Source of the DNA: Lytechinus pictus
Lineage: Eukaryota
Length of the DNA stretch: 64,000 nucleotides
Reading direction: 5' to 3'
NCBI RefSeq assembly: GCF_037042905.1
Contig: NC_087251.1
Span: 1,302,001-1,366,000 of the forward strand
The position numbers and the translations under genes are program-made. Every line of letters begins with the position of its first letter. Within the stretch, counting starts at the first letter, position 1. Shown here one piece after another: positions 40,815-54,666 of this stretch. The notes beneath the pieces are model-generated. The model worked only from the letters and a program-made list of their open reading frames with translations. It was not told the DNA's origin and searched no databases.

Positions 40815-41121
40815 CAGATAACACTCTTTTTGTAGCAATTGAATTCAGTTTTTCCAATTATACTGCCCAGGGAGTGGAGAGTATTACATATTCCTTTCCA
40901 CTCTCTCTCCCACTGATCCTTATCCATCAATTAACAAAATCAATATACGACATTTCTTCATTTGGTTAAGGTGTATTTTTAACAACTAGTATGAGATTGG
41001 TGATGCAGTGGGTTAATACATGTATGGATATTGGGGAATTATGGGGATATAGGAATCATTGTGTTGAGATTAATTTGAATAATATTCAAATATGTGATGT
41101 TATTTTCTTATTTCTATCAAG

Positions 41122-41175
41122 GTACACCAAGATAACCATTATGGTGAACAGAGATGGCCACATTCCAGTCAAAAA
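41122..41175 (+). CDS. PLCB: PLC-beta exon (MYTKITIMVNRDGHIPVK)
   Basis: AAG / GTAAGT; 54 nt, phase 2-2; YTK...G.IP motif. Confidence 0.93.
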
Positions 41176-41894
41176 GTAAGTTTCCAATTCACTTTAAATG
41201 TAGAGGCTAGTAGAGGCAATTTTTCTCCCTAGCTTCAAATTTATACATTACCTCAGCCCTATAAAATGAAGAAATGGAATCAATATTCATGATTAATTGT
41301 AATTTCTTCTACATGTTTAAATGTGCAGTTGCTTATACAATTGATTTGGTGGGTTTTTTTTATAAATTTTTGGAAGAATATAGCAATGAATGTAATTTGT
41401 CCAGCATTAAAAGAAAAGTTGGAACCTATTAATTGCATTTTTCTTTTCTATAATGTTTTTTCTTTTCCAGTCTGAACTATCTTTTTTTACTTTCTGATTG
41501 ATAATGTAGATTGTTATGGATTTAAAATCAAATTGGCAAAGAAAAGTTGTAATAATCTTTATGTTTTCTCTTCCCTAAGTATTCTTTCCTCAAAACTATT
41601 GAGTGTTAGTGATTTGTTATCAGCTTTTGGAGTGATGTTCATGAACTTCAAATACAAATCAACTTGCCTTGTACTTGCCATACTTGCCTTGCAGTATTTT
41701 ATGATTATTTGATCATGATGTATACATCATGATTTTTTATATAAAAGTTTATGATTAATCTGGACCCCATGTAAAACAACTAATTACTGATGAATGGACT
41801 ACCCTAGAAAAAAATAGATACTAAATACTCTCATAACTTCCTAAATGGAAAAGCAGTCATGTGAAAATTGTGTTTCTCTTTGTCTTTCTCCAAG

Positions 41895-41979
41895 TATCCG
41901 CAAGATGTTTTCATCTAGTAGCGCTGACAGAAAGAAAGTAGAGACTGCTTTACAGGTTGCTGGAGTTCATAGTGGCAAG
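41895..41979 (+). CDS. PLCB: PLC-beta exon, EF-hand region (NIRKMFSSSSADRKKVETALQVAGVHSGK)
   Basis: AAG / GTATGT; 85 nt, phase 2-0; ADRK.VETAL motif. Confidence 0.95.
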
Positions 41980-42311
41980 GTATGTTTCTATCAAATGAAA
42001 GATATTTGTCAAATTAAAGCACTCTTAATTTATTTTCTGATTTGACAGATGAGAGGTATTTGTCAGAATTGATCAGGAGTTTAAAAGTAGTTTTATGGAT
42101 CCTGCAAGTCACTTTATGCAGCTCCTCAGGGTGAGCCCGCCAGAACAGTATTGAAACACACTTCTGGGCTGGTTAAATGAATTGATACAGTGAAGTAAAT
42201 GGGTTTTGGGATTGATATCACCATGTTTATATTTTGTTAGGTCTATATGATATTACAGTGTTCTTTAAGCTTTTAACTAATCAAACTAATGAAATGAAAA
42301 TGGATGTCCTT

Positions 42312-43129
42312 TTTTGTCTCACCTGCATAGCAGAGTGAGACTATAGGCGCCGCTTTTCCGACGGCGACGGCGGCGGCGACGGCGGCGGCGGCGGCGACGG
42401 CGGCGTCAACACCAAATCTTAACCTGAGGTTAAGTTTTTGAAATGACAGCATAACTTAGAAAGTATATGGACCTAGTTCATGAAACTTGGCCATAAGGTT
42501 AATCAAGTATTACTGAACATCCTGCCTGAGTTTCATGTCACATGACCAAGGTCAAAGGTCATTTAGGGTCAATGAACTTAGACCATGTTGGGGGAATCAA
42601 CATCAAAATCTTAACCTAAGGTTAAGTTTTTGAAATGTCATCATAACTTAGAAAATATATGGACCTAGTTCATGAAACTTATACATGAGGTTAATCAAGT
42701 ATCACTGAACATCCTGCATGAGTTTCACGTCACATGACCAAGGTCAAAGGTCATTTAGGGTCAATGAACTTTGGCCGAATTGGGGGTATCTGTTGAATTA
42801 CCATCATAAATTTGAAAGTTTATGGATCTGATTCATGAAACTTGGACATAATAGTAATAAAGTATCACTGAACATCCTGTGCGAGTTTCAGGTCACATGA
42901 TCAAGGTCAAAGGTCATGTAAGGTCAAAGAACTTTGGCCACGTTGGGGGTATTTGTTGAATTGCCATCATATCTCTATAAGTGTATTGGTCTAGTTCATA
43001 AAACGTGGAAATAAGAGTAACCAAGTATCGCTGAACATCTTGTGCGAGTTATAGTAGTTTTCAAAATCAGCACTGCTGCTATATTGAATCGCGTGATGCA
43101 GGTGAGACGGCCAGAGGCATTCCACTTGT
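42312..43129 (+). mobile_element. Second HINE/Tsp-like family with ~190/163-bp central repeats
   Basis: T-run, sub-TIR GTCTCACCTGCAT inverted at 43096-43108, (GGC/GAC)n microsatellite, about 3.7 tandem units, CTTGT end. Confidence 0.8.
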
Positions 43130-43482
43130 TATTCTGAATGTACTTCAGTGAAAATGTTCTGGAAAAAAAGCATAACATTTTGAAGGTTTGTTATAATCCA
43201 GCAAAGAATAACAGAGTTATTAAATTCTGTAACATCATGTATGATATGCATTCCCATATGTCCTGTGATCAAATGTAAAATCCATAAATTGCCATTTCTC
43301 AGAAAATTGAGTTAATTTCACATGTTCACTCAATATGTGACATTATACATATTATATCATGCGTGTTTCTATTTAAAACAAATAGCCATCATAATCCCTA
43401 AAACATTTGAAATTAATAGAATTTATGTAATGCATATTTCTCTTATGCTCTAATTTCCCTGTTTATTTCAAAACCAACTTAA

Positions 43483-44075
43483 AGGGGAATCCAGCCGTGG
43501 TCATAAAGTGTTGTGTTGAGAAGGAGAAAATTAAATTAAACAGAATGGTGAAAGTTTGAAAGAAATCGGACAAGCAATAAAAAGTTAAAGCTGCTTTAAA
43601 ATTGAGATCACTAATACTATGTAGATTTCAAATTGGCAACTGGGTAAGTAAATTATGACAAGGGGCAAGGACAACTTTCCCATAGGCCATGTACTTTATT
43701 ATCAGGGATTTGTGGTTTTCTCCTAAGTACCCATTCCCCTGGGGCAGTAATCTAAATATAACCCAGGTAGTATATTGTTTTATGTCCTCATGAAAGAAAA
43801 ATATAATTTGAAATAAAACTTTTGGGGAAAATGACATTTAGCCATAATATGTATTGGAGTACATGGAAGAGTAGTCCTTGCCTTACATCACTATGGCATC
43901 CCATATGCGGTCAATTTGAAGTCTCCATGGGTATAGTGATTACCAATATTTACAACTTTTAAAAATTCATAACTTTCTTGTTGTTTGTCCAATATTGTTC
44001 AAACTTTCACCTATCAACTTGTCTGATTTTTCTTTTCCTTATAAAAACAAGTTTTTATTTGGGTTGGATTCCCCT
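43483..44075. mobile_element. Complete Kolobok-like non-autonomous element
   Basis: TTAA|AGGGGAATCCA ... TGGATTCCCCT|TTAA; second copy at 1-194. Confidence 0.85.
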
Positions 44076-44625
44076 TTAACATCAGGGTAAACTTCCTCTT
44101 ACTTAGGAAATCTGTGTTTCTAGAACTTCAATTATTACTACCAGCAGTTATGTATTTTGATTTAATATATGACATCCCAGTCAACTTGAAGTGATTTTTA
44201 TGTTGGCGAATAGCCAGAGCTAAAGCTGTTTAAGTGGTTTTTCAAATACAGTAGTCTGCCACTTAACTTGTACTTCAATATAATAGTTTCAATTATTTGA
44301 ATGATTCAATTTGACTATTGTGATGTTTTTATACTATTGTTTTATTGAAATGGAAATAGAAAAGCCATAATCATCCCACGATAATTTTTGTCTGGAGAAT
44401 AGTTAATATTGTGTGGATTAAAAGACCATACATGTAGTTTATGCCCTTTTGAAACTGAACAGACAATGCATACAGGAATATTTGGAGTTAGGTTTTTAAG
44501 AAATTGATCAGTGACATCAATCCTTATTGTAAAGCCTTTTGGACATTGATATTTTATATATATATTGTTCCAAGAAGACAAAAAATTCTAAGGTTTTGTG
44601 CGGTACAAGTACGTACATGTAACAT

Positions 44626-44891
44626 GGAGCATTGTGGCCCAGTGGATTAGTTCTTGGACCTTGAAACAGAGGGTCATGGATTCAAATCCCAGCCATGGTG
44701 TAGTTTCCTTCAGCATTGTGCTGCACTCAACCCAGGTGAGGTGAATGGGTACCTGGCAGGAACTTATTCCTCGAAATGCCGAGCGCTGGAAGCTAGCTGC
44801 TTGAGCTACAGCCGGGTAATAATATCCAACTCCTTTCAAAGTGCATAGAGACGTTATTCATAATGTGTTTATGCACTATACAAGAAGTGTC

Positions 44892-44930
<39 letters not shown>
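44626..44930 (+). mobile_element. tRNA-derived SINE (Deu-domain-like body) with (ATT)n tail
   Basis: A box TGGCCCAGTGG, B box GGATTCAAATCC, body GCACTCAACCCAGGTG...AATGGGTACC, terminal (TAT)n. Confidence 0.85.
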
Positions 44931-44931
<1 letters not shown>

Positions 44932-45483
44932 ATAACCTGAGGATGAACCAAATGTCAATTGTATTAACAAAAAAGACCATTTCAAACTATGATCAACTAT
45001 GATTTTCAGCCATCCAAAGTAATAGTCATATCATTCTGGTTGATAGCTTGGTCTTTAGTCCAAATTTTGACCCTTTTCACACTGAACTTATTCACTTAAC
45101 TGGTTCAGATACTGTATAAGCTGATATATTTGCGGATTCCCGATCGGCCGTGAATTTAAGAAAATGTTGACACATTTAGTAATTGGTGCCAATGTCCCCA
45201 ACAGCAAAGCTTTGCTATTGCAAACATCCTGTGTGGTGGAAATATGGAGATAAGCACCTATATGTATAAACAAATTAGGTTGAAAAAGTATGATTTTTAA
45301 TTCATTAGCTAGAATTTCACTTTTTTATTTCTCAAACAAATTCAGAGCTTAGATTATTTCCTGACATATGTTTATCAATATTTATTCACTCACTGCAATA
45401 TTACAAGGTATTTTCCATAAAATAATTTGATTTTATTGTCATTTGATTAACTCTATACACATGTATATTGGCAGCTATTTGCA

Positions 45484-45649
45484 CAGAGGCCGCGGAATGG
45501 TTTTTAAAAGTGGGGGGGGGGGGGCTGACCATGCAAAAAATCACAATCATATGGTACTTTTTACGTTTTTGTACACGGTTTTGGAAAAAAGTGGGGGGCT
45601 GAAGCCCAGCCCCCCAACCCCCCCCCCCCCCCCGCTTCCGCGGCCCCTG
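45484..45649. mobile_element. Short hAT-like MITE with G/C runs
   Basis: TIRs CAGAGGCCGCGGAA / TTCCGCGGCCCCTG. Confidence 0.75.
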
Positions 45650-46959
45650 TTGCATACTCATTAATATTCATAAGTCACATGTTTAATTAGGTTTTACAAA
45701 GGATTCATAGTCAGGCTGAATAGATTCCCACTGATGGGTTTGGTGGGAACTGGGTCAAGAATTCAAGTGTGAATGGGGTTTTCATCCTATGAAAAAAAAG
45801 AAGGAAAATGGACTTGTCACCCCTTCCTCCTGCTCCTTGATATAGATCTGGCAGATGTTTCCTAAAAGTGTTGATATGTTACTTTAGTAACAACTTCAAC
45901 ATCTTTTGCTCAATCACCTTCAATTGAAATATTATCTTCGCCAATTAATATATTTTTTTCACAAAGTCTATCTGTAAATAAATGATTATGATTATACATG
46001 TAGGTAAAACAGTCCCACCTTTTGAAAAGCATGAGGAAAATGCATAGATAAAGAAATGTGGCCTTGCCCCAAAACATCCGACGTCTGTGCCGTGGGATAT
46101 ACATTTAACACCAGAACTAGTCCCTAGATATGGCTGGGTTTATATTCTTTCTAGACACAGTTCGTGTACATGCACATGATTTCAGATAAATTGATGATGT
46201 TTCTATCACATGACCTTTCATACTATCATCAAAGTCTACCCTAAAGCAGGTAATCTGATCTTGATATCAGGGTATATATCTCCCCATAATCACATTTCAT
46301 GCATATTCCACAAGTACATGCCAACGTATATGCCAATAATATATATGTGTAGTCACAGACTATATTTTGTAGAGAGAGTTTAGGGATACAGTGTAGTATA
46401 AAATAAGGAATATCATTATCAAATCTGTCTAAATTTGGGTGATTCCGAATATCTGCTTGTCTGTATACTTACCTCAGCATTTGTTTTGGTTTTCAAGATC
46501 ACTTCTTTCCATTCTCTCACAAGCTGAAGTATGAAAGGAATTTTTTTTAACATGTCATTATTTACATCTGTTTATATGCCTGTTTTCAATCAACTTCTGA
46601 ACTGTAGTTCCTCAGTATATGTTCTTAAATGGGAATGAGCATTGTATTAGAGTAGAGATTCAAGAATGACACACTCAACTCTTACAAACAAACATCTTCA
46701 GCCTAATGAATAAACATCACTTGGTAATAAAACCCAATTAGACCATCTGCCCATTGAGGGGGAATAAATGGTTCCTTAATTAAATTCATTGTACTTCAGT
46801 CCATATTGGCTTGTTGGATTCATGTTAGCATTGTTGTTTTGAAACTTTGCTTTTAACAATAATGATCAGTCGCTGATGTGGTTTACGGTACACCATGTGA
46901 AGTGTTGTAGAAACAGTGGATAGGAGAAGAGAAGAAATGGATAGGCGAGAAAGTGGAGA

Positions 46960-47155
46960 TTTGAGAGTAGAGTATTCTTTCTTGAAAGTAGTCCTGAAAA
47001 GGACTGTAAACCAGGAAAGATTGATGAGTTGAGAACAGCTTGAGTAGTAGAGCTAGTGAGGAGATGCTGGCTTGAGTCGGCGAGTAGAGATGATGAGCAG
47101 TAGAGAGACTCGACGTTTCGGGCAGGTTGACTGTCCGTCTTCAGGAGTGGTCATG
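46960..47155 (-). mobile_element. Penelope-like element pseudo-LTR remnant
   Basis: AGTCCTGAAAAGGACT hairpin followed by a minimal hammerhead motif, an arrangement I associate with PLE pLTRs. Boundaries approximate. Confidence 0.55.
47108..47148 (-). ncRNA. Minimal type I hammerhead ribozyme
   Basis: Minus strand reads ACUC-CUGAAGA-C-GGACAG-UCAAC-CUGCCC-GAAAC-GUC-GAGU: complete core, stem I ACUC/GAGU, stem II with 5 of 6 pairs, GUC cleavage triplet. Confidence 0.75.
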
Positions 47156-47323
47156 ATCAGTGAGTGAAATGATAAAAAGAATGAAATGGGCAATTATCAT
47201 TATTTCAACTGTAGATCTGAGTAATGGGAGCTTAATTGCCTTCTCCATGCTCTGCGTCCAAGATGTTGGCTTGTTGCGTGCACCAGTTACACACACACAC
47301 ACACGCATTATAAAAATATAATG

Positions 47324-47498
47324 CTGTTTAAACCCGTCACTCTAACAACAAGTTGTTTAAACTTTATTTGAAATTCTTTAAACGTTTTCAACATCTTGTT
47401 AAAAAAATCAAATAACTTGTTTCAAACATTCAACAATTGATGTTAGAGTGACGGGCTTAAAGAACCTGCTTGAAATTTTAAACAGCATTTTTACAGCG
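47324..47498. mobile_element. Degenerate CACTA/EnSpm-like palindromic MITE
   Basis: AATGCTGTTTAAA / TTTAAACAGCATTTTTACAGCG ends; internal inverted pair CCCGTCACTCTAACA / TGTTAGAGTGACGGG. Confidence 0.55.
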
Positions 47499-49756
47499 TA
47501 TATATATCAAAACTAGCTGCTCATTATATGCATGTGTGGATGGATAATACTTAAAAGTGTCACCTGAATAAGATTAGCCATTGTTCAACCATGGACCTAC
47601 TACAGGTCCATGGTTCAACTTACACCATATAATTTAACACTGGTGTAAGTGCTTTTATAGTTCTTATCATGGAGGTAGAAAGGTGTTCTTACACACTATT
47701 GGTGTACTTATAAACACCGCCGTTGTCTGCAGTGTAATTGTCTTTACAGGGCATTAACCCTTAAGAGGGATCCCTAGTGGTTTGTGGGTGTGAAATAATG
47801 AATAAACATACAGTAGGCCTGATTTCACAAAGATGATTTTAATCTGTGGTCTATAAGCCATGGTTTGTTGGGTATATTGAGAAAATTATTATTGGTGATT
47901 TTGTTGTTATTATTATTATATTTCTGTGTGAAATATGAAACTGAATTTATATTTCAGGATTCCACTCTCAAATTTCTCTCCATTTGCTTTGGCAGATCAA
48001 TATAATGAAATTTTAAAAAAAAGCATTCATTATCGTAGCTGATAGCAGAAAATTGTGTTCAAATCTTGACTTAGATACATTCACTTTGCTAAACTAAATT
48101 TTGATAAAATCACATTGAACATGCAGACCACTTTGAAGTGAATGACATTAGCAGTGCACTGAACATAATATAGAAGACAATGGTGTAATAAATCACTTTG
48201 TCACTGCAGGATTTCTCATTAGTTAGGCGATAGTGTAAGAAACAGTCGTGGCAAAGCCAACGCTCTATTAAAGCCATATTGGCATGGCATTGAGAAGGTA
48301 TTGTAGCCGCTTGATCGAGCCGTCATTTATCTGATGTCTGCCATTTTACACAGATGGTTGGTTACTAAGGTGCTCCAATCTGTGTATCAGGTAGCGAACA
48401 AAAAATTATTGCATACAACCCCAAATCCATCTGACATATTATTGAACTTGCTTTTATTTTGGCCACTATTATGATTATTAATATTATTATAAGATGTTTT
48501 TTACTGCTTATATGATTGTTTATTATCAATATGTTTGTGAAATGTGTATTTTGTTAGAGTGCATTTACAAGGATAGCAGCATTGAATTACTAATGGAGCT
48601 ATCCTACTTTTGATAAAAATCTACAAATAAATGGATGAATAAATGAGTTGATAGTTGACACAATTAGTAATGATAATTACAGAGAACTCGTTAAGAACAG
48701 TTGCTAATATCTAGATATGCTCATGAAACATCATGACCCTTGTATAAAAAACCTCAATTTTCATGTTTTATTTATACAAAATCACATTATTCTATGCTGC
48801 GCAAGAAGTAAATTATATATAGCCATTATCATCAATATGTTGCCTTTATTGCATAATTTGGACTTCCTCTGTGCTATAAGAGTGAATCTGACTTTATAAT
48901 CTGTTTGCGTGTATTTTCCAAAGATTTGAATCCACATATTCAAATCATAGTTAAAGTTATTTAACTGGTGTACCGTATTAGGGCTAAACTACTATTGAAG
49001 TTTAGGCTAATTCCCTTTGATAAGAGCAATAGCAAATCTGTAGTCAAGAAAACAAAATTTAAAAAGTTTCGGAATCCTCATTTAAAGTTGTAAGGAATGA
49101 CACCTTTTTTCAAGCATAAGCCTCCATGATAGTCAGGTTCTGTTGGCTTTCTTGCAGATTAAAAATAAATTATAAGGAAAATAAAAATTTAGGTCATTTT
49201 CAAGCCCATAATCAATCCTGTTCCCATCCTCGTCTATGCGATGACTGGGTCATTGAGAATTCTTTATTACGTTGTCCACTGATATGGGCAAAGACAGTCA
49301 CCCCAAGCATTTATTACTCCAATCCCCACTGAGCTGTTTCGTTAATGGAATTTTCTAGACATCTAATCACGGCATATGATGTTGAGAAGAGCAATTTAGA
49401 ATGGTTTAAGCCATGATGTTGAGTGTACTGGCAGTCATATAGAATGAAATGAAATAACCCTTGAAAGTGTTTGGTAATTAAGGCAGGAGTTGGACTGTGA
49501 GATTGATAAGATTGTACCAACGATGAGGAATGGCTATATTTCATCATACCCCCTTGATGTAAAATTATGTTGGGACAATAATCCACAAAATATATTGACA
49601 AATAATTTGATTGTGGTACCTCAAATAAAAAGAGAATGAATATTATTGATTAAATAAAAATTTAATGTATTGTACAGAGTACATGTATGTGTATGCACAG
49701 AGGAAGAGATGAAGATTTTCTCATTTCTAAAGTATTCATTTTTTTTTCTTCTCCAG

Positions 49757-49857
49757 GATGACACTATTGATCCCAAGAGGTTCACATATGACGTTTTCTT
49801 CACATTCTACCTTCGCTTAGTCAACCAGAAAGAAGTGGACAAATTATTCCAGGAGAT
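49757..49857 (+). CDS. PLCB: PLC-beta exon, EF-hand (DDTIDPKRFTYDVFFTFYLRLVNQKEVDKLFQE)
   Basis: Strong CTCCAG acceptor, GTAAGT donor; 101 nt, phase 0-2. Confidence 0.95.
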
Positions 49858-50229
49858 GTAAGTATCATCATCATCAGTTATCAGTAAATCATATACTCAT
49901 ACATGTTTCCGGCATAGTACTTTCAGCGTATGCGTAATGCGAAAAGTGGTGAACTAGAAAGTACTACTTGTGAATCCAAACACTTGATTTTATAAGAGCA
50001 AATCAAATGGCAGTTGATTTCTGAAGAGTAATTTACACTAGGACAGTAGACTCATTGTCTAGTGATATGTCGATGTCAAGATTCTGTTCACTAATTTAGG
50101 ATCGCGTTAATGGGAACCCTCCCAATATTTGTTTGAAGTGATTTAAATAAAAGAAGAGATTGTGGGAACTGGTTAGAATAGATTTCAGCTAATTGTAGTT
50201 TGATAATATTAATGATGATATTGTTAAGG

Positions 50230-50300
50230 TAGATAGATAGATAGATGGATGGATAGATGGATGGATGGAGGGAGGGAGGGAGGGAGGAAAGGAGGGAGGA
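50230..50300. repeat. Compound (GATA)(GGAT)(GGAG) microsatellite
   Basis: Seen directly. Confidence 0.9.
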
Positions 50301-51428
50301 TTTAGCATATTAGTATATTAAAGGGATATCTACCTAATCCTTTTGTATAACTGGTGTTGATCTACCGCTGCACAGTGGCTGCCAGGCTCACAATCAATAT
50401 TGGGCAATATGAATTTTTTGAGTAATTCTATTTCAGATATCTATTTCAAACAATAAAATATGTATTTCATTATATTTCTTTTGTATATTGATCTCTTCAT
50501 GATCCCAGAGCCTTCAAACAAGGCAGAAAATATGAAAACAAGTAATTGAAATATTAGTTTAATACATTAACACTTGTCAATCTTTTTTTGGTTTGTGACT
50601 GTCATTATGGAAATGGTAAAGTAAGAATCCTTTCTCGTACCATGCCATCTATCTTTGTTATATATATCTTGACAAGGTTCTCATTACACGAAGCCTTGCA
50701 ATTGATCATACAAATGATTGATTATATTCATCATTATGTGCAATCAGTCATATAAATGAACTTTACAATCAATGGTTTAGCTTTGTTTTACAGGGTTCAG
50801 TATTGAAGTGGGCCAGGTAATTGGGAATATGAGATGCAATGATGCTCTCCCAAATACTGCTTAATTGGCCCTCGTTTACAGAAATACTACAGTCGATTTG
50901 CAGGCAATATTCTTTTCATGGAATAAATTTGTGATGAATGATGCTTGGGCATGCTTAATGGTTCTTAATTGCAGGCATTTCTTGATGTTTTGCAGTTGGC
51001 TCTATCAACAGTCCTATTTTGGGGCTTTAATAGCAAAAACATAGTTTCTCATTCCAACTTCCTCATTCTAATATGAGGTACACTATTCAAATTTTTATGG
51101 AAGATATTTTTAAAGGCATTCTTATGAATTATTATCATTTTAAATGAGTAGACAAAAGATTAATGGCAATTAATCAGTTTATTCCAATTTCACCATCAAA
51201 TCATCTCCCCATCCAATGCCATTGGTACCATCACCAGCATCAGGACCATCACCATCCTCCTCATCATCAGCATCACCAACTCAACCAACATCACCAACTC
51301 CACCTCCGTCATTTCATTTGTATCTCAACAAGACATGACAATCGCCATCTTCACTGTTAGGTACAATCACTTTGCCCATCACAGATTATCACCATCATAA
51401 TTGTTATAATCTTTACTACCTGTGACAG

Positions 51429-51595
51429 GGGTGCAAGGAACAAGCCCTACCTGACTACTGATCAACTTGTTAAATTCTTGAACAATGAACAGCGTGACCC
51501 TCGTCTTAATGAGATCCTATATCCGTTCTATGATGCTAAAACAGCTATTAGCATCCTAGAGAGATTTGAGAAGAACAAGCAGTTTGCCAAAAAAG
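51429..51595 (+). CDS. PLCB: PLC-beta exon, EF-hand ([34 protein letters not shown]...FAKK)
   Basis: CAG / GTAAGA; 167 nt, phase 2-1; [12 protein letters not shown] is a PLC-beta signature. Confidence 0.97.
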
Positions 51596-54500
51596 GTAAG
51601 ATTTTATTTGAAGTAATGTCAGTGTTAGGTAGCATAGAATGTATGATTGTGTAATTGGATGTTACCCCATGGTTAACCATGGTTAATGGTTAGATTATTA
51701 TTATTAAAATTTATATGCAATTGGCTCTGGACAAACAATTTAGTATTTTCAGCTACTCATTTAGGATTATGAAATATAATGAAGGATAATGTGACACAGT
51801 ATAAATCTGTTCATATCAACACATTTGAGAAGAAATGTCTGTGAAAAATAAAATTCAAATTTCTAGTCAAACCATAATATCAAAAGGCCAATGATTATTT
51901 TTTAAAGTACATTTTTGGACACTTAAACAGAACTGAAATTTAGACCATGTTTTTTTTTTTTAATAAAATGCTCAATTATAACATTATTTGTACAAAATTG
52001 TAGTTGTAATGGTATGTTCACACAGCATATCTCTGTTTAGTGAACCCTCTAGGATTATTTTAAATCTGTGCATGCTTACTTGTGTCAGTCATGAAATCAC
52101 CAGATAAATTCCGGTTGTGATTTTTTTTGCCAATGAGTAAGGATGTACTTTCTTTTATTCTGAACATTGGCAAGAAATCTGCAGGAAGTCAGGCCAACTA
52201 CTCATCCCATCATATTTTGTTATTATAACTGTGGATTCAATGTAATGTTGCATTGTACATGTAGGTATATAAGCACTTATAATGATTTATGAACAAATAA
52301 AGATGTGCAAGAAGCATTATCACATTTATACTCAATGTCAAAAAGAAGTCAAACAAAATTTGTGGATAGTAATATCAGGATAAATTATTTCTAATTTTAC
52401 ATTGCTTCCTGATTGCTTCCTCAATTATGTTGATAGATGTATTACAGACAAAAGTATCATTCAGAGGAAACCATATAATTATAGAATCTGGGATACATTC
52501 AAACAAGAATTTTAGGTGGTTTCCAGGGTATTTTGCAAAGCTGTTTATGAAAAGTTACAGCTAGCTTTGAATGTGAATATTACGTCAACTAAGTTTCTCA
52601 TTCGTTCAATCTTAACAATATCACAGAATCTGAAGATTGAATGTTCATGTAGAGATTAACAAAACTAAGAAAAAAAACACATTAATTTCTTAATTTTACA
52701 GGGAACTTAGTGTTTGTAGAAACTATGAGTGGCTTTTGTTGTCTACAAAGGGATGGATAATGTTTCACCACATTATGAAATACTCACTGAAATTTTCACT
52801 TTATGATTTCTTTTTTATAATACATTGTTTCCCACTTTTTTACAAGGAGAGAATTGTTTAAAAATATTTTAGTCCATATTATTGGTTTTGTATGATTTTC
52901 TGTTGAGAGTTTTACTTTCCAAATGCGGTAACATGGCTTTGTGTTTTATGATGGGAGCTGGGTATATTGGATGTTTTTCTTCTCCATGATTTGTCTGGGA
53001 CTTCTCAGAAATATTTTACTGAATGATTAGAGGTTTATTGCTTTGGGTATTTTCTTAACAATTAACTTTCCTAAAGTTTCAATTCTTCTGCTTTCACTTT
53101 TCAAACTGCCAACAATTTTATTCTTTTTAACCCAGTGCAAAAGTTTTCAAAAAATCTAAAATTGTATTTAAAGTTGGTAATATGCATTTTCTAACAGTGA
53201 TTTCATTGTTTTCATGACATTGTCAAACCAGAGAGAGAGAGAGAGTAGATATTAGCATCAATAACACAGTTATTGTATTTTTATCTTTTTTAATCATATT
53301 TCATATAGTATATAATTGCCAACATTAAGGGTTTAAAAAATCAACTGCAAAAGTGTCTTCTAACTTAGATACTGTACCTTTTTTGGTCAGAAATAAGATG
53401 AAGACGTAGTATTGGTTGAAAGTAAAAGTTTCACCCAGTTCATTCCTATTTATGGCAGACAGTGATGAATACGGGATAGGCTTATATAGTGAAAGTCAAG
53501 ATGATTATTTAACAACGGGGAATAATTTTCTTTTCATTCAATCACAATGTTTAATTCATGTTATAAAGACTCCTACACAAGAATGATTTTGTGTATCTGC
53601 TTTTCACAGAGAACTGGGCAGTACATATCAGTCTTTTCCCAAATGACCAAAACTGGTAACCAAATTTGAGAATTATAGATCGAACATGAAGACTTGAGAA
53701 GTATTTCGGATTGTATAGAAGGAACATTAGGTTAACACATTTTACACAAATTTCAGGTTTGTTTGTTAGGAACTCTAGGATAATATGAAGCCTTTATGCT
53801 TTGTTTATCCTAAGCCTTGCACAATAAATATCCGACAGATTTTCAGCAAATGTGGTAATAACTTAAGGTACTTCATTCTTAATGTCAAACTTGTAGATTT
53901 CAGTTATCTAGAGCTTTAAGCAAAATTGGATGATCTTAGTAATTGGGAATAGATAATGAATTTCTGATTCTTAGGAGTGTGTTTTATGAGCACTGATTGC
54001 AGAAATACAAAAATGTAGAACTAAGACTCTCAAAATACATGTAGTTTCCAGTTACATTCTACCAATGGCATACCAATGGCATTATTTTGCCAATCTTTAT
54101 ATCAATTACTATAAATATGATTAAACACAATTCAAACTTTGGTCTAGACATATTCTGATTTTTGAATTTTTATAATCTATTACTACTGAGAAAAATAGTT
54201 ACAAATCATGTCATACAATTTCAAAATATATCGATTTTAAAAGTGGCAGGATCTCAAAAGCATGCAATAATTTTGGCTTGCCTTTTCTTTGTTATCTCAT
54301 TTCTTGTATAAATGTCTTTAGAATGACAAACTGCAAAAAGAATCTCTTGAGTACAATTACAATACCCCAGTAAAATCTTGCCACCTCAATTGCTAATTGT
54401 TCTTTGCGAAAAACTGTAAATGATATGATGTCAGAGATAAAAAAAGATGGATTTATTTGGTTGTGAATGTGTTATTAAAAATGAAGTCCACCCTGGAGGC

Positions 54501-54666
54501 CAGTGTGAGGAAAATCCATCAGCATGACAGTATTATTAATTCTTTATATTTATGCATGCAGTTCTCTGATGTGTGATGAAATATGAATCACACAAAGTGC
54601 TATTTATTTTACCTCAGACACATTATTACATTTATATGAGAGATTATTTTGTTGGTATTATTTCAG

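Noticed and set aside
44626..44700. tRNA gene
   Set aside because: A and B boxes run into a SINE body and tail; no complete cloverleaf.
51163..51360. His-rich ORF
   Set aside because: Degenerate (CAT/CAC)n intronic microsatellite.
51661..51688. CATGGTTAACCATG palindrome as a third micro-element
   Set aside because: Flanks match only 4 of 7; better explained as a local tandem duplication.
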